From: Rhynchopus sp. YZ270_cl-10
Taxonomy: Eukaryota
Assembly: GCA_964035575.1 (NCBI GenBank)
Contig: OZ037841.1
Coordinates: 1-64,000 of the forward strand
Length of the DNA: 64,000 nt
Reading direction: 5' to 3'
Positions 9,601 to 21,886 of this stretch are shown in pieces; within the stretch, counting starts at the first letter, position 1; each line of letters opens with the position of its first letter. A model generated the notes under the pieces. The model was not told where the DNA came from. It did not search any database and saw nothing but the letters and a program-made list of their open reading frames with translations. The translations under genes and the position numbers were made by a program.

Positions 9601-12600
9601 ATCAGGGGAACACACCACTGCAGGGTTTTCTGAAGGGTTTGCTGCACGTTCATGCATGGCCTTTGCATATACAGCCTCTGTAAGCCTCAGGTCCCGCTTC
9701 AGCTGATTCCTCCTTTCCTTACTGACCTTCATCTTTATTCCCCCAACTGACTCCTCAATGGCAGAGATGACCTCCTGGTGGACACAGTTATACAAATTTG
9801 TATCACCTTGAGGTGGAAGACAAATCTTGATGTCATTCCTGCTGCACACCCTTGACATTGCAACGTACAGATGGCCATGAGAGAAGCAGGGCGACTGTGA
9901 CACATCAAGACCCACCCTCCTGAGAGTTTGTCCCTGAGACTTATTAATCGTCATGGCAAAAGACAGCCGCACTGGAAACTGCTGACGTACAAAGTCGATG
10001 GTGAGATCCTTCGCATCACCATCGCAGGGCAGGCGAGGTATGGCAACAGTTTCTGGCTTTTTCCCGTTTTTGTTCCGCCACTCGCATTCTTCCGCCAGGT
10101 GGGTGCAGACAAGGATGTTCTTCTTCACCTCCTTCACAACAAGACGCGTTCCATTGCACAGTCCACCTGCGGGGTCGAGGTTCTTTAGAAGCATTACAAT
10201 ACAGTTGACCTTCAGGTTCAGGATGTGTGGAGGAAGACGTGCATGGTTCATTGCATTGAGTGCTTCAGTGGTGAAGAATTCATTTGCTCCTGGGTCCTTG
10301 CAGGTATCCTCTGACATACGGGTAATTGTCTCTCCTGGGAAGCTGCTGAGAATTTTTTCGTTCATGTAGACCTGGCGTGCGTTTGTAGGGCACAGCAAAG
10401 CACAGTTCTCATACATTCCATTCTTGATGTCAGGAAATGTAAAGTCAATCAAAGTATCCTCAGTCACCTTTTTGTTCTTTTTTTCAAAAATGATAGCATG
10501 TGGCACCTGCATAACTGCTTCTGTGTCCTCAGCACCCTCCACATCCCCAGCCTCATTCACAGACCCATCACCAACCTTCATGAGGTACTCACGGAAAGCG
10601 TCGTCGTCCTTCACCCTCATGACCTGCGTCAGGGACATTTTTGTGAGTTGGTTCCAGAGGTATGAGTTGTGGAGCGAAATCGAGATGCTTTCAAAGCTCC
10701 CTTTGTTTGCCCCTGGAACAGGAAGGATTTGCCTGAAGTCTCCTCCAAGAAGCACTGTCACTCCTCCAAATGGTTGTGAACATCCCCTCAACCTCTGAAG
10801 CGTTCTGTCTACTACCTCTATGCTTGCCTTTTGTGCCATTACCACCTCATCCCAGACAATGAGGTCAGTGCGCCTTAGGAGTTCGACATGGTCATCATCA
10901 AGCCCGCACATCCGCTTTGAGTTTGGTTCAAGATCTATTGGGATCTTAAATCGGCTGTGTGCAGTTCTGCCTCCTGGTAGTAGTGTAGCTGCTATCCCTG
11001 ATGTTGCCACAGCGATTGAAAAGCGGTCCTCCTCATTCTGTTGAAGTGGCTGCTGCTGCTGCTGCTGCTGTTGTTGCTTTGCCCTTGCCCTTCTGCTCCT
11101 GGCCCAGTACAAACACGCCTGGTACAGGAATGTCTTGCCTGTTCCTGCTGCACCCTGCAAAAATATGACCTTCCCCTGGTTACCTTCAACAGATTCCTTC
11201 ACAGAGTTGAAGACATTCTGCTGCCCTTCGTTGAGGTTGCCTTGAATCTGTTCAAACTTCTTCAGCATTTCACCCTCATCATACCTCTCTGTGTTTAAGA
11301 CAAACTCTGTGCTCTGCCCTGTAGTACCTTCAGGAGGAGTGGGGAGCCCAAGATCTTCCATTGAAGTCTTAACGTTCGCTTCCTTAAGGAGCCGTTGCAT
11401 GTCTAGCAAAGCTTTACGCTTCTCTTTAGGGTAGATGTGGTTGCTTGGTACTGCTTCCTCCCGTTCCTGCCTTTTTACTCTGTCCAAAGGTGGCGCACAC
11501 AGCTCAAACTCATACTCTGCCCACGCCTTTGCAACGTCTTCTGCAGTGGTCATGTAGTTTATTATTATCATTGCAAACGTAAAACGGATGGCACGTGAGG
11601 ACAGTGTTGTATTGATGCACTCTTTCAGGGCGTTACGCAAGATTGCCCCATCATGGATAAGCCCCATTTCTGCTGCAGCTGCATAAAATGTAGGATGAAC
11701 AACGGAGCCTATGGTTCTCAGCTCTTCAAAGCTGCATGATCCACGCTTGCACAGAAGAAGTAGACGGAGACAGTGCAACTCCTTATCCTTTACAGGGGCC
11801 CAGTACATCCTGCCGATTGAGAGGCCTTCTCCTTCATTTCTTTTTGAGTGAGGGCCAGGTTTATAGCAGCCTTCTTCCTCGCACCACCCATATCCCGGTC
11901 TCAGCTGCCATTCCTTCTTTTCTCTGGGGTAAGAAAAGAATTCTGGGACATCATTGTAAAGTAGTTTGTCAAAGCCTTTGTAGGCTTCATGTGCTGGAAT
12001 GCCTTCACGATGCTTCTTGCATCTTTCATTTGCTTCGAAAAAGGCAAGGAGTGTACTTTTGGATTTTGCAGCCGCATCCCTTCTCCTTGAGTCATCACCA
12101 TAATTCTTTAAAGGAAAGTACACCCTCTGCTCATCTTCGAGGTGGATGTGGAGTCTCTGCACTCCTGGGTAAATCCGCACCATCTTTGTTCCGAGTAGGT
12201 ACCCACAAGCATCAGCCGCAGTCAAACAATGTGCCTTCAGAAACCTCATAATGCTCCCAGTGGTCGTGGTCGTTGTTGTGGTTTTTGCTTCTGATGGCCC
12301 TCCTTTATGCTTTGTATCTTCCTTTATCACACCATCTACCTCATTCTCCCCCTTGAATAAGTATTTGAACAAATATTTAGCAGCAAGAATCCCGCGCACT
12401 GCCTCAATGTTGATGTGGCACTGGTACTTGAGGAGAAGATACGCATTGTAGGGAACCACCCACCTGTTGTTCCTCTGGTTTGGGTGAGTAGTTTCCCCTG
12501 GGTGTTTTTCTTTCCATTTCTTCACAACGTCTGGATCCACATAAGACAGTATCCCATGATCCCTTCTTATGACAAAGGCGTAGCCATCATTGCCAGAGGT

Positions 12601-15205
12601 GGTGAAATCTCTGAAGTCCTTGGGGAAGTTGGACTTGCAATATTTGCACTTTCCATCCTTTCCCTTCTGTAGACAGGGAGAGCCTCTATTTTTAAGGCAG
12701 TCATTGTGCATGAGGTACTCGCTTACAGCTTTGTAGAGGTTAGGATGTGTTTCTGGGTCCGGGAGCTCAGCATGCACGATGTGGTCGATGTTGAACGGGT
12801 CCTTAGGTGACGTTTTATTGTTGTTCCAAAGGATTGCGTGGCAGTGAGGGAGCCCTCTCTTCTGGTACTCGGTCACCATCACCATTGCAATATTTTGTCC
12901 AAGAACATTCTTTTTGCGTATGTCGTCCACAAGTTCCTTGACTTTTAAGTCGAACACACGGTGAACAAGCTCCGGACGGTCGAGGGCCGTTTCTCCTTCG
13001 AGAAGATTGGATTGTATCTCCTCCCACATCGGGTTGCATGTCATTGTGAGAAAGAAATCAGCTTTCCCATACTTTGCGTATATTGCAAGTGTGTCGTTGA
13101 GTAATTGTGCCCTCGCAGCTACTCCTCTCTCAAATGAAGAAGGCATAGAGATTTCGTTTGTCGGTGGAATCTGTTTCCCAGAGGTGATGTCTTTCTTGGA
13201 GGCGTAGCCCATTCCCCTTCCAACAATATGGTATTTCAGTCGCTGATACATGCCACGCATCGCCATGTCGATGAAGAACTGCTGTGTCAGCGTTCCATGC
13301 ATGAGCAGGGGGTTGTAGGACAACGGGTCTTTGCTGCTGTTCGGACGGTGGTGCATGAGATATGTTGCGTACTGCTTTGCTGAGATGAATGTTGAAGATG
13401 GTGTCGTTTCAGCTAGGTTAGTAGCGTTGCGAAGAACCTCATGCATTGAGTCCACAGCTCTGTCTTCTTCTGCACAACGTTCCCATCCACCATTCCACTC
13501 TTCAGGGTCTACCTGCATCGCATCATCCTTTTCACCGCTGTTGAGCGCTTCAGGGTTTGGTGCTGTTGGTTCAGGGTTGTTCGTGTTTTGGGCATCATCA
13601 TCATCATCATCATCACTGTCAGATGCAGCTCCGCGGTTCACCACCCTGTGAGGCATCTTCAGGCGGAACCCATTATTCTCGGTGGGATTCAGATGGGCTA
13701 ATGGATATGAAAGCAGTTCATAGAGTTGGTTAAAGTCATCAATGATGATTGGTGCGTTCCACTTTGGATCCTTACCCCCATTTTCAGCACACGTAAACAT
13801 TGGGTACACAGTAAATTTGCGCTCTGCAGGTGCGGCTTCATCGATGGTGTAGAACATCTTAACAGCACCCTTTGCCTCATCGGTTGTATATTCTGACCCT
13901 GTCTTGCTTGCCAGGACTTCATGGAAGTCAATCCTCATCTTCTTCAGCTCATCCTCGCGACCCTTATACTGCTGTGAAATTGCTTTGAACTTTGCTGCAA
14001 ATGCATTGTCTCCAAGAAGAAGATGACACTTCTCAGCAAGACCAAGAAGATTGTCAGGGAGGACCCCTCCAGTCATGCTTTTTTTATTGTCTGTGCTGCT
14101 GACGTTTGGATCAACAAACCAGGACTCTGTGAGAGCATCGTCATAAAAGCCATTGAATTTTTTTAATCCCCTACCTTCCAGAGCCACTGCTGAGAAGCCC
14201 TTTGGCACACGGCTGTCTCGGCGGATTTTGTTCTCTACCATCGCGAAGAATGCGTTCAGCTGAATTGAAACCCTTTTGTAGAATTTGTCCTGAAGAAGTT
14301 CAAGGTGGTCTTGGCTGATTATTTTGGGCATATCTGGCAGGGACACCTTTCCACCAGTGCAGCATATTTTTGATGACTCTCCACGAAACAGCAATGCCCC
14401 GCAATGCTTGCAGGGTTTGTCCATCTCTCCGCATGAGTGCTTCTTAATGCTGTCATCCACCTCTTCGCGCAGTGCTGCCCCCAGGTGCCGGTAGGTGAAT
14501 ATTTTTTTGACTCCCTGTCTCTGCAGCTTTCTGTTTAGATCAGCTCTTTGTTCCTCAACAATACTGCTCTGTTTTTCCATCTGAAACTCTGCTTCGTGAA
14601 ACAGGGTCCCAGACATGTATTTTGCCTCTGACTGTACAACGTCAAAATCAGCTTTGGAATGTTTCTCTATAAGCTCCCCCATGAGGTTCTGCTCTTTGAT
14701 CATGAGCTCCTTGAGGTTTCTTATTTGCCGTGCACTCCATATAGACTTTGCTTCCTCCACAGAAGCTGGGTCGAACACCATTTTTGACATTGGGTCCACG
14801 TTTCTCAGCGTAACAAAACTGGCCTCATGCTCAAGCAAAAAAATCCTAGCTTTAACCTCCTCAAGCTCATCAAGTTTGGTATACGTCTGCTGCCTTTTTG
14901 TTTCAAGTGACTTTAGCTTTCTGAGATCCCATTTTTTTTGCATGATGTCGACCACACAGTCGTTGAAGGTGTGAGATTTTGGTTTGTTGTCCTTAATCAA
15001 GGGAACATTTATGTGTGACCACAGCAGCACTTTTTGGAACCTTAGCAGATTATCCTGTGTGGCATAGTATGGCCTTGAAGAAGTCCTTAACGCCGAAATG
15101 CGAAATACTTCAGCTGAATGGAACAGCCAGGAAAATAACGGCGGTGTGTAATCGTTGAAGTCAAAGTACTGGGGAAGTTCTATGGCTGCCAAACACAAAA
15201 CTGCT
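6689..15205 (-). mobile_element. Helitron family A, copy 1 (cut by the assembly gap)
   Basis: TCTAG terminus, internal 349-bp repeats and RepHel-OTU gene; near-identical to 40404-48806. Confidence 0.92.
8641..15205 (-). CDS. RepHel-OTU transposase, family A, 5'-partial; exons <15205-9458, 9382-9305, 9252-9028, 8950-8641
   Basis: HUH Rep motifs FFLTMTCNP, EYQKRGLPHCH and KYLFKYLFKG. PIF1 helicase motifs GAAGTGKT, DEVVM, GDFRQILPV, AMTINKSQGQT and HGHLYVAMSRV. Three GTATGT..CAG introns keep the frame into the OTU motifs GDGTCFYHA and HFNIG. A 16-bp duplication at 8630-8661 shortens the C-terminus. Confidence 0.9.
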
Positions 15206-15405
15206 NNNNNNNNNNNNNNNNNNNNNNNNNNNNNNNNNNNNNNNNNNNNNNNNNNNNNNNNNNNNNNNNNNNNNNNNNNNNNNNNNNNNNNNNNNNNNNN
15301 NNNNNNNNNNNNNNNNNNNNNNNNNNNNNNNNNNNNNNNNNNNNNNNNNNNNNNNNNNNNNNNNNNNNNNNNNNNNNNNNNNNNNNNNNNNNNNNNNNNN
15401 NNNNN
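15206..15405. other. Assembly gap (200 N)
   Basis: Run of N. The left side is family A and the right side is family B, and the two cover overlapping homologous coding regions. Confidence 0.99.
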
Positions 15406-16567
15406 TCGAGTGTGGATCTACGTCCCTCAGTGCAGTAAAGCAAGCATCATTCTGAAGTAAATTCAGCTTTACCCGGACCTCCTCAAGCTCATCAAGGCTG
15501 GTGTAGATAGGGTCTCTATTTGTTCTTAGTGCCTTATACATTCTGATGTCCCACCTTTTCTTCATTATATACATGAAGCAGTCTTTGAATGTGTATCCTT
15601 TGTCCTCTGGTGGTTCTGATCGCAGCAAATGCACATTCTTATGACACCACAGCAGAACAATTTTGAACTTTATCAGATTCTGCTGTGTGGCATAGTGAGG
15701 TCGTGCAGAAGTCTTCTGCCCAGAAACGCGAAACATTTCTGCTGTATGAAACGTCCAGGAGGATAATGGGCTGCCGTCCATGTGAAGAGCTCTTGGCAAT
15801 TCTGCTGCTGTCAAACACAATGCAGCTGCAATTAAAGCGGACTCTGCAGGTGTAGAAGAATTCGTTTTGTGGTGCGGAAGTGCTAATGTAGCCTCATCTG
15901 CTTGGAGAAATATGTCGGACTTATAGCGGGACTTTCCGTTCAGAACTCTGAACCGGATGCAGAATGGTGTATGATTTTGGAGTGATCTCATATCTGTAAA
16001 TTGATAATAGCAATACTGGCATTGTGTTTTGCATGTAGCCTCATGTGCAGTAAGGTTTTTCACATCATCAAACTCTTCACCACAGTGCTGACAGCAGATC
16101 TTCCCTAAGCACATATGGTTTTCTTCACACTCCCGTCTACACAATATGCACACCTTCACACATTTTTCAAGGTGCTCATTTAGTTTCCATACATTTTTGT
16201 ACGAAGCATCACATTGCGAACATGTAAAACGGTTATTTTTTTTATCAGCTTCCATCTTGGGTTTCTTCTGGGGTGGGGCTGTCTGACATTCTCCTGCACA
16301 GGTCTTTTGGTGTTTGTATCTAGCATTCTTAGACGGAAACCTCACTCGGCACTTTGGGCAAGTTTCTTTGCACTTCTTTGTCTGTTTGTGATTCTTGCTC
16401 TGCTTTTCATGTGTAAAGTATGAGCCACAATGGTCGCACATAAATCCCTCATCATCTCTCTTTCGTTTTGGGGAAGTGTTTCCCTCTTCAGCTTCTGTTG
16501 TCTTTGTATTAGCCTTCTTCTTAGTGTGCCCATCATCAGATCTTTCCTCGCTTCGTTGTCTTTTCAT
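15406..16567 (-). CDS. N-terminal part (tandem C2H2-like zinc fingers) of family B RepHel, 3'-partial
   Basis: Repeated CxxC...F.....L..H...C patterns (CDHC, CPKC, CSQC, CQHC, CQYC). Same protein as 29825-31078 apart from one visible K/Q change. Confidence 0.85.
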
Positions 16568-16892
16568 TTTTTTTGCAAAAAGTAAAGTACCCAGACCACT
16601 GTTATGTGAGTTTTGAATAGTTGTGATAAATTGCTAGAAATTGTATTGTAGAAAATATAAAATGGTGGGTGGGAGAAAGTTTTGCGTTTTCAAGAAGGAA
16701 AATAAAAAAGTCTCACAACTAAGTTTTCAAAAAAAAATAATTAAAAAATGATCTTGAAAATTTTGACAAAATTAAAACCAATCTGCATGTGCATATAAAA
16801 AAGGGGAACCCATATTTTTGCGCAGGAAGAAGTAATTTGCACATTCTCTGCGATAAGAAATACCCCCAAACGAAAAAAAAATAAATTATTCT

Positions 16893-17457
16893 CTAATGAT
16901 GTGCTTTATTGTGCTGGAAAAGAGCACCTTTGTGTTGAAATTCCCTTCCCCTCCAAGTACTAGAGCATTCGTGAGCATAACACGTCTTTTCCATTTTTTC
17001 GTCTTCTGCTGCTTCGCGCTTTCTCTTTCTGTCTAGCTCCTGTTGAGTTTCAGTTGTTGAAAGTGATACTTGAAAAGTTGATACATACCTTTTTCATGTC
17101 CTGACACAGAAGGAACACTTCGTTCAGCTGTTTCTTGAGATCTGAGACAGTCTGTTTCACCTCTTTCAGCTCTTCAGTCACTGAGGAAAAGCTTTCTGCA
17201 GAAACAGGAATTTCCAATGCTGCGGCCTGTTCTGACGGAAGCACAGATTCCTTCTGAGTTTGCTCCTCTGTTTTAACGCCTTGCTCCTGTACCTTCGTTA
17301 GTACTGTCTCCTTCTTCTGGGAGCACACTGGAATTGGTGGCAATTCCTCACTCTCATGAGGAGCTTGATCCTGCACATTGAACACCGGCAACATGCTTGG
17401 TGCATCTTTCTTCTGCACAAAGGGCACTGGCTTCCGCTTAATCTTCATGGTGTTCAT
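16893..17457 (-). CDS. Accessory protein (171 aa): low-complexity N-terminus, coiled coil, RKRKR NLS-like motif, C-terminal C2H2 zinc finger; intron 17040-17088
   Basis: Donor AAG|GTATGT and acceptor CAG|GAG. Spliced exon 2 reads ELDRKRKREAAEDEKMEKTCYAHECSSTWRGREFQHKGALFQHNKAHH*, which has a C-x4-C...F-x5-L-x2-H-x3-H pattern. Confidence 0.75.
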
Positions 17458-17668
17458 AGTTTTTTGAGAAATAGTTCACCTGTTTTTGGTGTGTGAGTAC
17501 ACAAATGCTATGAAAAGAGAAATGAGGGGTGAGCCAAGTTCAATTCATTTTTCTATTCAATTTTTTCGGCTTTCACATTTGTAAAAATGCAAAACCTTCA
17601 TACAATAAAAAAAAAATTCTGTTCACAACCACACCAGCCTCCTACATTTTAGCGAGCTTTCTTCTAGT

Positions 17669-17715
17669 GCGGGTTTGCGGGTTTGCGGGTTTGCGGGTTT
17701 GCGGGTTTGCGGGTT
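17669..17715. repeat. (GCGGGTTT)6 junction tract
   Basis: Read directly, between two CTAG termini. Confidence 0.97.
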
Positions 17716-19491
17716 TCTAGTTATTACGGAATAGAGGGCTTGCTTTTGGCATCTCATCTTTCATGGCGGTTTGCTACTTCCGAGTGATTCTGATATGATA
17801 CTCCAGTAGTATGGGGCCCAGAAACGACAGCCCCGACCGGGGGCCTCAGTCCCCAGGATCTGGGAATATCTAAAATGTGTGCGGCATTTCACGGCTATTT
17901 TTGTGAGTAAAATTGCGATATTTTGTGTTTCTGAGGTACTGGGTGTATATGTTATAAAAATTTCAAAAAACGAGATAACCATGAAATATGGCCAGTATCC
18001 CCATAAAATGAGGCTATTGCGACCCTGGAGGCCCACTTTTGACACTTAGGGCCAAATTTAGGTGTGTAAGAGTATCGGCTTGAAAATATTTTTTTTCGTG
18101 ATTTTTGGGGTCATTTTCTGGCTGGGAAAATTGGGCCACATATAACTACAACTGCTCAAAAGGTCAAATCAGTGGCTTTAAATGACTCATTGGGCATTTT
18201 TATGACCTGGACATGGGGGTCAGATTCCATTTTTAACATGATTAAAATTGGTCACAAGACCCTGAGAGAAAACCCAAGGTCAAATTGACCTTGAGTACCA
18301 GGTCAAATTTGTGTGGAAAAATTTTTCAGTACCTAATTTCTGATGCTCAAAAGTACAAAATTCCTTCGGGAATGGCTTCATAGGACATTTCCATAACCTG
18401 GACATGGGGGTCAGACTCCACTTTTGACCACCTAAAATTTGGTCATACACATGTATGAGACCCAAAAACCAGGATTTGACCAAAAAAAATTTTCCCACCA
18501 ATTTTTGCCTACAAAAAATCGAAAAAAAAAAATTTTGATTTTGGCTCTCCGGAGTCTGTGCGTGCAGTGATGGGGTCAATTTGCGCTGAGAAATGGGTAT
18601 TTTTGACCTAAAATGCATGTATCAGTTTTTACATGTTTTTTGGTTTTTGTGTAAGTTCCTGTAGGACAGTTGGGTTGATTGGTAAGTAATTTACAACTGG
18701 AAAACTAGGTGGATCGATTCTTTTGTGCGTTTTTACTACAGAAATATTCTGTTTTCCCTTTTTTTCTTTTTTTGATCTTTATTTTTGTGGCATGACAATA
18801 CTCTCACCGGCCAAAGTGAGCGCCTTCTTCAAGGTGTAGTCTTTCTTTTGTTTAAGCTATGTTTTAACCTATTTCCTTATTTTTTTCAATCCAAGACAAA
18901 AATACTTCTTCATCACAAGAGATTACCTCCGGCTGGGAAGAAAAAAACAACAAAACTGCTGATGAAACCGGTAACCTGAAACCGGTCAAAAAGTATCTGA
19001 CAATTTCCAAACTAATTGATTTTTTTTAAACTAAACAAACTCCACAAAAACAGTTTGATTTATCCATCACAAGATATAGTCAAAACTCCAATTAATAACT
19101 TATGATAACCTTTTTTTCTTTTTTTATGCAATCAACAAAATCCCAAAAATACAACAATATAAAAAAAGCAACACACAAAATATTCACAATTTTTAAATAA
19201 TTTGAAAGTCAGAAAAAATCTTTGATGGAAATGTTGGAGACAATAGGGCTTTTTTGTGTGCTTAATCTTCATGGTGTTCATAGTTTTTTGAGAAATAGTT
19301 CACCTGTTTTTGGTGTGTGAGTACACAAATGCTATGAAAAGAGAAATGAGGGGTGAGCCAAGTTCAATTCATTTTTCTATTCAATTTTTTCGGCTTTCAC
19401 ATTTGTAAAAATGCAAAACCTTCATACAATAAAAAAAAAATTCTGTTCACAACCACACCAGCCTCCTACATTTTAGCGAGCTTTCTTCTAG
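17716..19491. mobile_element. Family B internal-deletion derivative (non-autonomous, 1.8 kb)
   Basis: Both B termini are intact. A GCTT microhomology junction at 19260-19263 fuses the OTU last exon to the start of the accessory ORF, removing about 8165 bp relative to 21887-32178. Confidence 0.9.
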
Positions 19492-19492
19492 T

Positions 19493-19507
19493 GCGGGTTT
19501 GCGGGTT
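19493..19507. repeat. (GCGGGTTT)2 junction tract
   Basis: CTAG-T-GCGGGTTTGCGGGTT-TCTAG. Confidence 0.95.
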
Positions 19508-21870
19508 TCTAGTTATTACGGAATAGAGGGCTTGCTTTTGGCATCTCATCTTTCATGGCGGTTTGCTACTTCCGAGTGATTCTGATATGATACTCCAGTA
19601 GTATGGGGCCCAGAAACGACAGCCCCGACCGGGGGCCTCAGTCCCCAGGATCTGGGAATATCTAAAATGTGTGCGGCATTTCACGGCTATTTTTGTGAGT
19701 AAAATTGCGATATTTTGTGTTTCTGAGGTACTGGGTGTATATGTTATAAAAATTTCAAAAAACGAGATAACCATGAAATATGGCCAGTATCCCCATAAAA
19801 TGAGGCTATTGCGACCCTGGAGGCCCACTTTTGACACTTAGGGCCAAATTTAGGTGTGTAAGAGTATCGGCTTGAAAATATTTTTTTTCGTGATTTTTGG
19901 GGTCATTTTCTGGCTGGGAAAATTGGGCCACATATAACTACAACTGCTCAAAAGGTCAAATCAGTGGCTTTAAATGACTCATTGGGCATTTTTATGACCT
20001 GGACATGGGGGTCAGATTCCATTTTTAACATGATTAAAATTGGTCACAAGACCCTGAGAGAAAACCCAAGGTCAAATTGACCTTGAGTACCAGGTCAAAT
20101 TTGTGTGGAAAAATTTTTCAGTACCTAATTTCTGATGCTCAAAAGTACAAAATTCCTTCGGGAATGGCTTCATAGGACATTTCCATAACCTGGACATGGG
20201 GGTCAGACTCCACTTTTGACCACCTAAAATTTGGTCATACACATGTATGAGACCCAAAAACCAGGATTTTTGACCAAAAAAAATTTTCCCACCAATTTTT
20301 GCCTACAAAAAATCGAAAAAAAAAAATTTTGATTTTGGCTCTCCGGAGTCTGTGCGTGCAGTGATGGGGTCAATTTGCGCTGAGAAATGGGTATTTTTGA
20401 CCTAAAATGCATGTATCAGTTTTTACATGTTTTTTGGTTTTTGTGTAAGTTCCTGTAGGACAGTTGGGTTGATTGGTAAGTAATTTACAACTGGAAAACT
20501 AGGTGGATCGATTCTTTTGTGCGTTTTTACTACAGAAATATTCTGTTTTCCCTTTTTTTCTTTTTTTGATCTTTATTTTTGTGGCATGACAATACTCTCA
20601 CCGGCCAAAGTGAGCGCCTTCTTCAAGGTGTAGTCTTTCTTTTGTTTAAGCTATGTTTTAACCTATTTCCTTATTTTTTTCAATCCAAGACAAAAATACT
20701 TCTTCATCACAAGAGATTACCTCCGGCTGGGAAGAAAAAAACAACAAAACTGCTGATGAAACCGGTAACCTGAAACCGGTCAAAAAGTATCTGACAATTT
20801 CCAAACTAATTGATTTTTTTTAAACTAAACAAACTCCACAAAAACAGTTTGATTTATCCATCACAAGATATAGTCAAAACTCCAATTAATAACTTATGAT
20901 AACCTTTTTTTCTTTTTTTATGCAATCAACAAAATCCCAAAAATACAACAATATAAAAAAAGCAACACACAAAATATTCACAATTTTTAAATAATTTGAA
21001 AGTCAGAAAAAATCTTTGATGGAAATGTTGGAGACAATAGGGCTTTTTTGTGTGCTTTCAATATATTTCCATCAGTTCCCGTACCAATGTTAAAATGGTC
21101 AGGATAAAAAGTTTGCACTAACAGCAGTCTATTTTGTGGTGGTATTTTTTCGAGAATCTCTTCAGGAGAAAGATCCTTTGGCAAAAAATGAAAACAAGAG
21201 TAGCCATCATTTTCAAATGTTCTAGAAGTTACAACAGTGATGAGAACATGATGCATAACTGACATTAATGCTATCTCAGTGTCCTGTGCATATTTGTCAG
21301 CTGCCCTAAGCTGAACACGGCTGAGTATGATATCAAAGCTTCTGTTGTTTTATGATAGTGGTTAGTATGAAGTCAAGCAGTTACAAGAAGTACATACGTA
21401 TTTTTGTCTCCACTTATGAGGGGATGCTCCCTGAACAGAATCTCATTTTCTTCTAAGAATGCTCCAAAGGTTCTACGAAGACTGAACCCATCATCTACTT
21501 TCCCAGTGAGAAGCTGCTGCACTGCATGATAGAAACAAGTTCCATCACCTCGAACATTTATTAGTTGCAGATCACATATCGACAGAACATCCTGCAGATT
21601 GTAATATCCATCATTTTTCTGATAATCTTTTACTGTATCAGTCATGTCAGCAGCATGTATCAATAATTCGCGGCGTAGCAACGTGCCTCAAAACTACATC
21701 CTCCCTCATTTTTTCGACTTTTCCGTGTCATTTCAGGTTTTCTATGAATGAATAGGCACATCATTTCTGCATTTGCTGAATGATACTACTCTTTTCAATA
21801 TTAATTCGCGGCGGAGCCATATACCTCACAACCACACCATCCTGCCACATTTTAGCGAGCTTTCTTCTAG
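19508..21870. mobile_element. Family B derivative carrying only the OTU exons plus an alternative right end
   Basis: B left end and OTU exons match 21887-24340 (one fewer 349-bp unit). At ~21612 the sequence switches to the end module also seen at 4575-4830. Confidence 0.85.
20987..21645 (-). CDS. Stand-alone OTU-like cysteine protease (200 aa, intron 21342-21397)
   Basis: In-frame ATG at 21645 (MTDTVKDYQKNDGYYNL...). Contains the RGDGTCFYHA Cys box, a YAQDTEIALMS helix and the DHFNIG His box. Exons of 248+355 nt give 201 codons with no internal stop. Confidence 0.65.
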
Positions 21871-21871
21871 T

Positions 21872-21886
21872 GCGGGTTTGCGGGTT
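21872..21886. repeat. (GCGGGTTT)2 junction tract
   Basis: CTAG-T-GCGGGTTTGCGGGTT-TCTAG. Confidence 0.95.

Larger units (their letters stand above)
15406..17667 (-). mobile_element. Helitron family B, 5' part (cut by the gap)
   Basis: Near-identical to 29917-32178 (offset 14511); ends in CTTCTAG next to (GCGGGTTT)6. Confidence 0.9.

Noticed and set aside
9928..14974. Numerous short + strand ORFs within RepHel genes (also 24.5-31 kb and 43.5-49.8 kb)
   Set aside because: Antisense shadows of the long coding frame.
9427..16567. One continuous RepHel gene across the N gap
   Set aside because: The left side is family A and the right side family B, and both encode the same homologous segment (CL.A.ELP to VDP), so they are different copies with unknown sequence between them.
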